Shown here one piece after another: positions 52,401-63,759 of a DNA stretch of 64,000 nt. Origin of the DNA: Callorhinchus milii (taxonomy: Eukaryota); NCBI RefSeq assembly GCF_018977255.1, contig NW_024704742.1:8620001-8684000 (forward strand), written 5' to 3'. The notes below the pieces were generated by a model. That model had not been told where the DNA came from and ran no database searches. It worked only from the letters and a program-made list of their open reading frames with translations. The translations under genes were made by a program, and so were the position numbers. Numbering within the stretch: position 1 is the stretch's first letter; each line of letters begins with the position of its first letter.

Positions 52401-55400
52401 GTCTGTATTGGGATTCCCAGACACAGCCCCATATCTGGAAAATGTGTCATTTATGACATGATCAAGTGTAGATGCAGTGCTGCTCAGTGGGGGGAACATG
52501 AGCTGATCCCCTCCATGGCTAACAGATCGCTCATCTGCAGTTTGTGGGATTCAGGGAAGTCTAATACAGCAGCAATCGGTGCTTTTGGAGGGGAGAGGGA
52601 GAAAACATCCTGCGTGACTTTGTTAATGTATCACAATGTCAGTTCCAGCGCAGCATTGCAATTTAATCTGTTTTCAGGCAACGTCCGAGTTCCTGCGCAA
52701 AATATCCAGTCAAATCGAGAGGTGTTTTGCTGTAGTTATTGAGATCAGATTTTAAGTGGAATTGAGAAAGTAAACCTTTGGAGACAGTGGAACAAGAGCT
52801 CCCAGGTTCAGAGTTGCAGAGCGCAATTTCAGGACAGACAGCAGGAAATATTTATTTACCAGAGGGTTAATGAAACTGTTTGCCAGGCAGAGTATTTGAG
52901 GTCAGAATGCAGTGATGGGTAGGATGTGTATTCTGGAAAGAGGAAATTAAATGAGCTAAAGGGTCTTCGTTTTGAACAGGGAGACGGGAGAGGTGTCAGA
53001 GAGACGGGAGAGGTGTCAGAGAGAGGGGGAGAGCTGTCAGAGAGAGAGGGGGAGAGCTGTCAGAGAGAGAGGGGGAGAGGTGTCAGGGAGAGGGGGAGAG
53101 GTGTCAGGGAGAGGGGGAGAGGTGTCAGGGAGAGGGGAGAGGTGTCAGGGAGAGGGGGAGAGGTGTCAGGGAGAGGGGAGAGGTGTCAGGGAGAGGGGGA
53201 GAGGTGTCAGGGAGAGGGGGAGAGGTGTCAGGGAGAGGGGGAGAGGTGTCAGGGAGAGGGGGAGAGGTGTCAGGGAGAGGGGGAGAGGTGTCAGGGAGAG
53301 GGGGAGAGGTGTCAGGGAGAGGGGGAGAGGTGTCAGGGAGAGGGGGAGAGGTGTCAGGGAGAGGGGGAGAGGTGTCAGGGAGAGGGGGAGAGGTGTCAGG
53401 GAGAGGGGGAGAGGTGTCAGGGAGAGGGGGAGAGGTGTCAGGGAGAGGGGGAGAGGTTTCAGGGAGGGGTGGGGAGAGGTGTCAGGGAGAGAGGTAGTGG
53501 TTTCAGGGAGGGGTGGGGAGAGGAGCAAGGGAGCTTGGTGTCCACACCTCAGTGCAGGATGACTACATACTTATAGATACAGCCGCTATGTGTTTGGGGC
53601 TGAATTGGCAGGTCCTCCAGTGTGGCATGTGCTGCTCACTACACACTCCAACTGTAGCCAACACGGGATTCACTGGATGGTCCCCCTCCCCTTACACCCA
53701 CCTCAGGGGGCGCAGGAGAGGAATAGGGGCAAGCTCACTGGACCTGACAAGAGCATGGCTGGGGATCCAAGCTCTTACATGAGGGGCTCAGCTTGTAACT
53801 GTATTGGAAGGGTCAAAGGTTTGGGTTTATTTCCAATGAGGAAACCCAGTACATAGTGAGTGACTGCCTTTATCGCGGGGGATTGGGCCACATTATAGAA
53901 ATGGTATTACAGGATCCACCACCCACTACCTCCTCCGTGCCCCCCCTCAGGCCCGCCTCAATCTTCGTATCAAATGCCAAGTACGAGGAGGTCATGGACT
54001 TCTTTTCATCTAAAATACTTAACATCCACCAGGCAACCTCATCCACCTGCCCCTTGTCACCCACCACCACGCCCTCTCTGCCCCCCTCAGCCTCCTCATC
54101 ACCTGCTCCTACCACCACACCCATCCTACATTCCTTCCTCCCCATCTCTCCCTCCTCCCTCTCACCCACCATCACTTCCATGGAACCCACCACCTGCTGC
54201 CTCAACCCCCTCCACACCAACTTACTGGTCACCCAGCTCCCCCTCCTCTGCCCACTACTGGCTGACATCATCAACCAGTCCCACTCCTCTGGATCAGTTC
54301 CTGCCTCCCTCAAAACTACTGTCATCATGCCCCTCTTGAAAAAATCCTCCCGAGATCCCTCAAACCCCAGCCATTACTGCCCTATTTCTAACCTGCCCTT
54401 CCTCTCAAAAGTTCTAGAACGCGCTGTTGCCAACCAACTTCGCGCACACCTCTCCTCCCATTCCCTCTTCAAACCCCTTCAGTCTGGTTTCCGCCCACAG
54501 TACAGAGACTGCTCTTGTGAAAGTCACAAACGACATCCTCTCTATCTGTGACCGGGGCTCCCTCTGCCTCCTTGTCCTCCTGGACCTCTCGGCCGCGTTC
54601 GACACAGTCGATCACTCATCCTCCTCCACCGCCTTTCCTCTGTCATCCACCTCAGTGGGACTGCACTCACCTGGTTCGAGTCCTACGTCACAAACCGCCA
54701 GCAGTACATCTGCACAAACAGCTTCTCCTCCTACTCTCACCCGGTCACTTGCGGGGTACCCCAAGGATCCATCCTTGGCCCCCTCCGCTTTCTGATCTAC
54801 ATGCTCAATCTTGGGGATGTCATCCACAGACATGGGGTACATTTCCACATGTATGCAGATGACACCCAACTCTATTTTTCCACTTCTCTTTGCAACTTCC
54901 AGTCCCCTGATGTTCTGTCAGCTGCCTGTCAGATCTCAGGGGCTGGATGAGCACTTCCTTCAACTGAACGTTGACAAGACGGAAACTATACTCTTTGGCT
55001 CTAAAATCTCAAGGCTCTCACATCCTCCACCTACTCAACCTCCCCCTAAAACTCTCCGAACCCGTACGTAACTAGGGCATCAGGTTCGACCCCCAATTAT
55101 TCTTCCTCCCCCACATCCGGTCCCTCACTAGCACCGCTTTCTTTGACCTCTGACTCATCGCCCATCTCCACCAATACCTCTCCCCAAAAGCCGCTGAAAC
55201 CCTGGTCCATGCCTTTGTCACCTCTCAGCTGGACTACTCTAACGCCCTCCTCACCAATCTCCCATCCACTACCATCCATAAAATCCAAATAATTCAAAAC
55301 TCTGCCGCCCGCGCCTTTGGTCACCTTTCTCCCACTCCCCCCGGCTCAGCCCCGGGATCCGTTACTGTAAAGCGCTCTGAGACGCTGTCCAGAGTGGAGG

Positions 55401-55554
55401 GCGCTATATAAATCCAAGTTGTTGTTGCTGTTGTTGTTGTTGAGAGAGTGCAGTGTAAATTTCTAAGGCTGCATTACAGCGATACGAGGTCTAGCTATGA
55501 GGGAGGTGAGAGATATTAGCACCCTACCCATTACTGGATGGTTCTGTCTATACA

Positions 55555-55740
55555 ATAAATAATAATAATTTGGTCACTGAATCCACGACTGTTTGTGGGA
55601 CACTGCTGTGCACAATTGGCTGCCACATTTCACCAGCAAAATACACAATTAATTCACTTTTTATTATATTCTGTGAAGCGCTTTGAGGTCTCTCGAAGAT
55701 GTGATAAGGCACTGTATCAAATTAAGGATTATTATTATAT
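55555..55740 (+). mobile_element. SINE, 5'-truncated
   Basis: SINE body and tail motifs are present. Confidence 0.8.
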
Positions 55741-55789
55741 TATCTACTGCTCTCACATTTCCAGGATCTGGTATACATTATTAGCCCAT

Positions 55790-55962
55790 TCCTTTCATTT
55801 CACATTTCATCTTTGAGTTGGTGATGTGTCACTGAGTAACTCCTTTCACATTTCATAACGCCTTTGCTTACGTTGTAAACATTTATGGAGTCACATGTTC
55901 ATTGCTGCAACCAACTGTTATTGGTTTCAGTGAAAGTGAAAGGAATGATGAGTTATATATTT
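55790..55962 (+). promoter_or_regulatory. Putative APOL-C core promoter with ISRE/IRF-E and TATA-like box
   Basis: GGTTTCAGTGAAAGTGAAAG at 55923-55942 (GAAANNGAAA), TATATAT at 55954-55960, and a further CTTTCATTTC at ~55792-55801. Vertebrate APOL genes are known to be interferon-inducible. Confidence 0.62.
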
Positions 55963-55984
55963 GCCGAATGCTGATTTCTTCAAC

Positions 55985-56105
55985 TCATTGCAGCTGACTT
56001 AGAATTCTCCCATTGCATTACCAGCCAGTTGGTCATTCAGTGACCCAGCCAGTGACCCAGCCAGTGATCTCACCATCAAGCCAGACCAAAGGAAGAAGAT
56101 TTGAG
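55985..56105 (+). other. Putative non-coding exon 1 of APOL-C (start approximate)
   Basis: Lies downstream of the TATA-like box and ends at GAAGATTTGAG|gtgaga, which is conserved with the paralogous site at 19115. Confidence 0.55.
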
Positions 56106-56319
56106 GTGAGATTGAAAGTTTCAGACTGGTCATATGGCAGGGAATCTAGGAATTGTCTCTGTGAACTCAGCCTAACTGTTCCCAACCACAACCTGTCACA
56201 CAACTTTGTGTTCACTTGCAAACATTGGATTGTGACTCTGGTTTACTTTGCTGTCTCAGCCACTATCCTGGACTTCATGTCTATCTTGTGCAGGTATTCA
56301 AAGCTGGACTATTGCAGCT

Positions 56320-57372
56320 TCATATCCATGCTGCAACCGTCTGTTTTATCCCATGGGCTTCAATTTTGCTAACTAATCTATTGTGTGACATATTATCAAA
56401 TGACGTCTGAGAGTCCATATACACTACATCAACTGCATTACCTTGATCAATCCTTATTAAAGAACTCAATTAAGTTTGTCAGGTACAATTTATCTTTAAC
56501 AGATCCATGTTGACTGTCAGTAATTAATTATTAATTTATGATTTCTAAGTGAAAATTAATTTTGTGCCAGATTACGGTCTTTAGAAGTTTCCCTATCACT
56601 GACATTAGACTGAATGCCCGGTAGTTACAAGGTTTATCCCTCTACTTTCTTTGATCAAGGGTGTCACATTTGCAACCCTCCAGTCCTCAGGCACCATTTC
56701 CATATCCAAGGAGGATTGAAAGATTATATAATAATAATAATCCTTGCATTTGATGTAGTGCTTTTCATGTCTTTTTGACGTCTCAAAGCGCTTCACAGAA
56801 TATGCTGTAAAGTGAATTGACTGTATATTTGTGGGCGAAACGCGGCAGCCAATTGCGCACTGAAGTGTCCCACAAACAGTCGTGGATTGCAAATGACCAA
56901 ATTTATTATAGCTTTGGTTTGGAGGGATTATTATAGATTGTGGCCACCGCTATATCCACCCTAACTTCCTTCAGCAACCCATCCGGAATGGATGACTCTT
57001 CTATATTGAGCGCTTCTAACTTTTAAGTACCTCCTTTCTATCTATTTTTAATCTCATCCAATTTCTCTAAACCCCTCCTCATTTACTGTGACATTAACAG
57101 CATCTTCTTTTGTGAAGACAGAAGCAAAGTACTCATTTTGTACCTCAGCCATGCTCTCTGCCTCCACAAGAAGTATTTTGAACCTGACATTTATCATAAG
57201 TCTCGTTTTTCTGTGAATAATAATAATCCTTGCATTTGATATAGTGCCTTATATAGCATCTCGGAGATTTCTCAGAGTGCTTCACAGAATATAGTGTAAA
57301 GCGACTTGACTCTATATTTGTGGGAAAAACGCGGCAGCCAATTGTGCACCACAATGTCCCACAAACAGTCGT
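56320..57372 (-). mobile_element. CR1 fragment interrupted or followed by SINEs (56728-56932, 57217-57372)
   Basis: IFQSSLDMEMVPEDWRVANVTPL, with SINE tails (aat)n-ccttgcatttgat. Confidence 0.82.
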
Positions 57373-57762
57373 GCAATCCTATGCTACCCAACCAGACTGA
57401 AGACATTTGAAAATCACCAACAGCCTGCAGCCTCCTCACTGATTTCCCTCTACCAGCCGCGAAGAATCCTGTGATTTTTCTAAGCGCTCTGAGAAACTAC
57501 CCTGCAATGGAGGGTGCTATATAAAGTGCAAGTTGTTGATGTTGATTTCTCAATATTTAATTCCCTAACTTGCTTTTTAGTATAGTTTCCTTTTTGATCT
57601 TTGTCCCAAGTAGCTGTGCTTCATTCCCCTTTTAGCTCTATTTGCGGGTGTACAGCTATCCTTAGTGAAAACAAGACAAAAACACTCAGACAGCTCTGCC
57701 ATCCCCACCTTATCCACCACCTATTCCCCCACTTTTCTCCTTGGATGGCCCGGCCCCTTTTC

Positions 57763-57970
57763 AACAACAACAACTTGGATTTATATAGCGCCCTCCATGC
57801 CGGACGGCGTCTCAGAGTGCTTCACAGTAACGGATTCCGGGGCAGAGCCAGGGGGAGGGGAGGAAGGTGACCAAAGGCGCAGTCGAAAAGAAAGGTCTTC
57901 AGCCGAGAACTGAAAATAGGAACAGAGGGGCCAAGGCGAAGGGAGTGAGGAAGGGAGTTCCAGAGTCTCT
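57763..57970 (-). mobile_element. L2 LINE 3' tail
   Basis: LWNSLP..FSSRLKTFLFD and an (aac)n tail. Confidence 0.8.
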
Positions 57971-58251
57971 TCTGAGCTTTCCTTTTACTTCTAATATGTT
58001 TATGAAAAATCATAAAACTCTTTCATTTAATATAGTCCAGTAGTCTTTTTTATGTCCTCTTTGCCTTCCTAATTTTTCATTTTGATGTTTTTCTGTGTCC
58101 ATATCACAGATATATATTGATTATTATGAAAACATTCTGATTTCTAGGCTGATATGAAACCCTGAAGTCACCAGCAAACAGTAATGTCCATTTACCTGCT
58201 GCTGGCTGGATTTATCGAAATTGGTGGTTAATATGTAATCTTCAGTGTTCA

Positions 58252-58440
58252 ATAATAATATTAATCCTTGCATTTGATATGACACCTTATCACATCTTCG
58301 AGTCGTCTCAAAGCGCTTCACAGAATATACTATAAAGCGAATTGACTGTATACTTTGAAGGCAAAATGCGGCTGCCAACTATGCACAGCAGTCATCCATA
58401 AATAGTTATGGATCGAGTAACCAAATTATTTTGTTTTTGA
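58252..58440 (-). mobile_element. SINE 3' part
   Basis: SINE tail and body in reverse orientation. Confidence 0.78.
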
Positions 58441-59128
58441 AGAAATTGTTACCCCCGGAAAAGCAATCCCCAATTGTCTAGCAACCAGGATCCTACTTAC
58501 TGCTAGGTAAACAGGGGTGTGGGGTAAGGAAACTTGCCCAACATTTTGCCCAGTTCACGTACAACATACAAAGTTGACTATCGATGTTAGTCAAAGGATT
58601 ATTATTTACACAGTCAACATTGGTTCTGAGGAATGACTAATCTAAATAGCCTCTGCTGATGATAGGCCAGCCAGCCTGGCTCATCGCAAGCCTCAAAAGG
58701 GCAGCCCCAACACTGGGAGTCTTTCCAATCAGCTCCCACCAAGCCAAAGCCCTAACGGGTATGGTGGTCCGAGCTGGACAAGCAGCGGGAAAGCTTGCAG
58801 ACAGTGCTCACAATTGCAAACTGTGCAGTTTTAGCTGGTTAGACTCCAGCAGTTATCCCAACCACACTCTGGGATCCCCAAGCTGTCACTCTTACCAAAC
58901 TGCTCCTAATACTTTCCAGATTTAGATAAGCAGGCTTCTTCTGTCTCGGGAGAGAGTGAGCATCCTGTTTAAATAAACATGTGTCAGACACCCAGCTGAC
59001 CATAAAGAAATGTGTATACCCATCGCAATTAAAACTCTTAAAACTCTTTAAACCAAACTGAGAATTCCATGTATCCCTCCTACACATGGAAATTCCAGAG
59101 ATGTTTATTGAAATGGAATGTAACATCT

Positions 59129-59468
59129 GTGGAGTCCTGCAGCTCAGTGGTTAGAGCACTCGCTTTGCAAGTGAGAGGCCTGAGTTCAATTCCAGGCAGA
59201 GGGCGAAACCTTGGGCAAGTTTCCTTACTCCACACAGAGCCTAATAATAATCCCTCCAAAACCAAAAACAATAATAAATTGGTCATTTTTCAATCCATGA
59301 CTGATTGTGGGACATTGCTGTGCGCAATTGGCTGCCGCGTTTGCCCACAAATATACAGTCAATTCACTTTACAGTGTGTTCTGTGAAGCGCTTTGGGACG
59401 TCCTCCCAACGTAAAAAGCGCTATATCAAATGCAAGGATTATTATTATTATTAAGGATTATTATTATA
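59129..59468 (+). mobile_element. Full-length tRNA(Ala)-derived SINE with a Deu-like core and L2-type tail
   Basis: Head gtggagtcctgcagctcagtggttagagcactcgctTTGCAagtgagaggcctgagttcaattcc; core gtgggacattgctgtgcgcaattggctgccgcgttt, which resembles DeuSINE-family sequence as recalled. The tail resembles the L2 tail at 2897-2970. Confidence 0.9.
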
Positions 59469-59657
59469 TCTTGGAATACAGAGATGTTTATCTGTCCCTG
59501 GATACACATCCTTCCCATTGATCACTGACAAATTGTTTTAAACACTAAATTCAAACTTAAATATAGAATGTGATTGACATAATGATCAGAATGACTGTGG
59601 TTATTGTCACTGAGGATCGAGTGATTGGATTGACATTCATTTTTTTCATTTCCAAAG

Positions 59658-59721
59658 ATTATTCAGAAACATCATCAACGACTTGAAAGAGTTCACACAA
59701 TGGCAGGGATTCTCAAACCAG
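59658..59721 (+). CDS. APOL: APOL-C 64-nt exon with the start codon (ATG at 59700; MAGILKP)
   Basis: tttttcatttccaaag|..ACAATGGCAGGGATTCTCAAACCAG|gtaatt. Good Kozak context (A at -3, G at +4); phase 1. Confidence 0.8.
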
Positions 59722-59751
59722 GTAATTAATCTATTGGAATTGATGAAAATT

Positions 59752-60055
59752 GGAAAGTCCTGTAACTCAGTGGTTAGAGCACTTGCCTCGCAAGTGAAAG
59801 GACCTGGGTTTGATTCCTATAAAAATTAAAAATATTAAAATATGAAAAAATATTAAAAATAATCCTTTTTAAAAAAAATTATTTGGTCATACAATCCATG
59901 ATTGTTTGTGGGACACTGCTGTGAGTAATTGGCTGCCATGTCTCGCTACAAGATATACAGTCAAGTCATTTTACAGTATATTTTGTTAAGTGCTTTGAGA
60001 TATCTCGAAGACGTGATAAGGTGCTAAATCAAATGCAAGAGACTATTGTTATTAA
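59752..60055 (+). mobile_element. Older SINE insertion flanked by a 33-bp direct repeat (59714-59746 and 60080-60112)
   Basis: tRNA-like head gtcctgtaactcagtggttagagc and SINE tail. caaaccaggtaattaatctattggaattgatga occurs on both sides. Confidence 0.85.
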
Positions 60056-60889
60056 AATATGAACCTATTAATATTAACCCAAACCAGGTAATTAATCTAT
60101 TGGAATTGATGACAATATTAACTTTCTATTCCAATCCTGTGCCCACTGCACCGAATAAAATAACAACCACCTGCCGTCCCTCTGAATCAGGGACGGTCCT
60201 GAGCCGTCAAACACAACCCCACTGTCTGAAACCCCATCACCTTGAGCCTCTCCCCCCACCTTCACACTCACTCAAAATCCCATCTCTTCAATTGTGACTT
60301 TGATCAACACCCTCCGACTCTCCCTACGCTTCCTCCCCCCCAGTTAGAACGACAACTACTTACATTTACATACAGTCAGTGTATTTGTGAATCAGTGAAT
60401 CATAGAATTTATAGACAGAAGGAGGCCATTCGATGAGTCTACACTGGTTCTCAGAGCAAGATGTTCATTCAATCCTACTTCTCTGCTTTATCTCCAAATC
60501 TCAAGCCACTCTCTTTCACATATTTGTCCACTTCCCTCTTGAAACAAGAAAAGGCCTCTGCCTCTCCCACCTTGATGAGCTGGACATTCCACAAACTATG
60601 GTATCTGTGTGTGCCTGTGTTTGTTGGGTAGGGGGTGGTGTCTATGTCCTTGTTTCAGTCAGTGTTTCTCTTTTGCTGTGTCTTTGAGTTTTCCCCACTC
60701 GCGGCTCCTGTGTAGCCACCACATTAATGCTCTGCTCCCGTCGCTGCCGAGGGGAGAACGCTTTGTTTACCCGCGAGTGGTGAGGACATTCCCTCCTGTG
60801 TGGTCACTGCATCATCCAGGATTGTGTCTGTTCACTCTGTTAGTTTCATATAATAACCAGTTATATTTTTTGTATTACTTATTTACCAG

Positions 60890-60914
60890 ATGCAGATCTT
60901 GATGGAATGTACTG
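60890..60914 (+). CDS. APOL: APOL-C 25-nt micro-exon (ADLDGMYW)
   Basis: atttaccag|ATGCAGATCTTGATGGAATGTACTG|gtacgt, with the flanking intron homologous to 13200-13350. Confidence 0.8.
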
Positions 60915-61229
60915 GTACGTACAGTCATAAAATTGTGGGTCAATAATTATATAGGTGTGGGTTTGTGCTACAGCAAAAAAGCCATCTATCCAACTCCTCT
61001 GTTCTTTCACCATCATTTCTAACATCTGCTCTTCATATGTTCTTTTTAAATTCACTTCCAAAATACCTCAACCAATGCTCCATCAACAGACACTGCTGGA
61101 AATTCATTCCATGTTCTGAGAATCCTTTCCCTAACTTTCCTAACTTCACTTTATCTTTTGTCCAACTCTGTCTGATTGTTGTTTCTTGTTCTATTGCCTC
61201 TCATCATCCAGTCAATACCACCCCCCCAG

Positions 61230-61640
61230 CCCTGGTGTGGGATTTAGACCCCAGACATCACCCTCTGGTCAGGCCTTGAATACTGCAGACAGCTCTGATC
61301 ACTGTGACATAAAGGGACTGCCCTGACACTAGAGACAGTGCAGAGGAGAGCAATGTGGCTGATCCCCAGTGTTAGAGGAATGAGCTGTGAGCAATAACTA
61401 GACAAGCTCAAGCTCTGCAGTCTTGAGAGAAGACAACTCAGGGGGGATCTCATAGTGGTGTGTAACATTTTAAATGGGATTGAAAAGGTAAACCCAGATC
61501 AATACATTAGAATGCTCTAAGGCAGTAGACTTAAGGAGACAGGGCTGGAGATGTAAAGTACAACTTCAGGACAGACATCAGGAATTTGTCTTTACCCAGA
61601 GGGTAATTAACAACTGGAACACATTGTCCAGGAAGAATGG
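61230..61640 (+). mobile_element. Old CR1 3' fragment
   Basis: LVRP.LEYC-like and SLERRQLRGDLI-like remnants, plus FTQRVINNWN. Confidence 0.7.
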
Positions 61641-62754
61641 TTGAGGCCAGGACATTGGCCACATTTTTCTCCATCTCCTCAGTCACTTTTGTTGGTCAGC
61701 TGTGTGTCTGACACATGCAGAAACCCAACACCATGCTTAAGAGTATCGAAACCAAACAGAGAATTCCATGCAGCCTACCTACACGTGGAAATTCCAAAGA
61801 TAGATTGGTGCTTTCCCAACTCCAGAAAGTATTAGACACAGGTTGGCAAAATCCAATGCTTGGGGCCCCCAAAGTGTGTGTTGGGATACTGTTGGAGTCT
61901 AACCAGCTAACACCACCTTACTATATATTAACCAGCTAACACACAGACTGTCTTCCAAAAGTGGAGGTATAATTTCCAGGGTACAGAAGGAGATTGTAAG
62001 AACAATATCTATAGTAGCTTAACACTGTAGGCTAAATATCACCATTAAGATAGAACAGTACCAAACATGATACAAAATATTAATCTATACTTTTCAGCAG
62101 GAGTTATATTGTCACTGCAGTAAAGATGGGACCTCACAGTGTAAATAATACTCTCTGATTAGAAAGTAAACTGGAACATTACTTTCAGGTATCTCAAAGC
62201 AACAGGGCAAGATGATAGGACAGTGTCATGGTGTGAAGGGCATGTTCCAACAGGTATCCAGACACCAACAAGTATCTTCAAGGAGGAGAAATAATGACTA
62301 GAATCAATTATCAGGAAGGTGATTGAGGCCAGGAAATGGATTCATTTAAGAAATAGCTTGTTGCGGTGATGGGAAATGTTTGGGTAGGTTTTCAGGAAAG
62401 ATGAGATCAACCGTGTCAATCTCCTGGGCAGCTTCCCTCCTCTGTGTAAATCACTGAAGCTCACACTCTCAATCACTGGAGTACTGATGTCCAGTAATAC
62501 AGCTCCAAACTACTTCCCTATTGGTCACATCCTGGATCCTATGCCCACCTGCATTCCCTGCCCCGTCCCCCCCATGCCCCACAGTTCCCTGCCTTGTGCC
62601 ACTACATTCCCCACCCAGTACCTTTCTCCTTTCCTTACTGTGTGCCACTCCACATGACACCTGCCACTCTGCATTGCACTCACAATGAGGATCAGTTCAT
62701 GTTTCAGGCCAATGATGTGTGAACGCTCCTGAGATATAATTGTATTTATAACAG

Positions 62755-63508
62755 GGACTCATATGAATTGGATAATAAAGCCGAGGACTTACAAAGTTTT
62801 CCAAAGAAGTTCCCTGACTGGAAAGCAAGGATGAATCAACATGTGATATTACTCCAAGAGATCGCAAATAATATTGACGAGTGTCACAAAGGTGCCACCA
62901 TTGCCAATATTACAGGGTCTTCTGTAGGTGTTGTTGGAGGGGCTCTAACTATTGGAGGTCTAATTGCTGCCCCTTTCACATTGGGTACATCATTGATACT
63001 CACGGGTGTGGGAGTTGGGGTGGGTGTAGCTGGTGGTCTCACTAACATCACAGCTAGTGCAGTGGATTCTGCTTCACAATCCAATAAACAAAAAAGAGTT
63101 AATGAAATCATGGAAAAGTATAAAAAGGACAGTGAGGAAATGGCAGATTGCTTCAATAAATTCCGCAATGCAGTTGATTTCTATGAGAATTGCAGTGACA
63201 AATTGGAAAAAGAAGCTTTCATTGGTGTGGCTGAGGTCTTTGCAAAAAGCTTGGGTGTTTTTCCTGCAGTTGCTTCAGCCGTGACCAAACAGTCCTTAAG
63301 AACATTCAAGGCGGTTTCTGGCGTTCTGTCAGGACTCTTTGTTGCGTGGGATATCTACTCTATCACAGTGGATTCCATTGACCTCAGCAAAGGAGCCGAG
63401 ACAGAAATGGCTAAACAGATACGAGATGTGGCTCGAAAGATAAAGGATGAGGTAATGAAGTATGAAGAGGTTTATGAAGCTTTAAGTCAAACTGTAAAGC
63501 AAATCTAG
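62755..63508 (+). CDS. APOL: Apolipoprotein L family protein (APOL-C; intracellular APOL3-like), terminal coding exon; full model 266 aa
   Basis: Acceptor tttataacag|G. Hallmark APOL sequence FPDWK..LQEIANNIDECHKGATIANITGSSVGVVGGALTIGGLIAAPFTLGTSLILTGVGVGVGVAGGLTNITAS..SGLFVAWDIYSI..KGAETEMAKQIRDVA. No signal peptide in the model. Confidence 0.92.
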
Positions 63509-63628
63509 CCCAATGTGCAGGACTCGTGGCTAACTTTGACTTCAGTGCCTGTCACAAACCCCATTTGGGCAGATTGTTAGTGGATTGTATTCTTGTTGTT
63601 TATGAACCTGCCCATCTTTAAACAATAT

Positions 63629-63634
63629 ATTAAA
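63629..63634 (+). terminator. Candidate polyadenylation signal ATTAAA for APOL-C
   Basis: About 120 nt after the stop codon and followed by T/GT-rich sequence. Confidence 0.45.
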
Positions 63635-63759
63635 TTGGTTACTCTTTCTGTGATCTATTTCATGTATTTATTTCCAATTCTATTGACTGTTCAGTCTAAC
63701 CTGATTGGATTGCCTATGTCTTGCATGTAATGCATGTCAGCTTGGCTCAGTTGGTAAAA

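Larger units (their letters stand above)
30706..55466. repeat. Copy 2 of the ~24.75-kb duplication; contains duplicates of all features between 5857 and 30604
   Basis: Near-identical to copy 1. Differences are mostly 1-bp indels plus a few substitutions. Confidence 0.97.

Noticed and set aside
30706..55466. Five-gene APOL array from a recent tandem duplication
   Set aside because: The gap-anchored breakpoint and the indel pattern favour a false duplication. Kept only as an alternative pending read-depth data.
62884..63284. Antisense and alternate-frame ORFs over APOL exons (also 8194-8472)
   Set aside because: These are shadows of the real coding exon.
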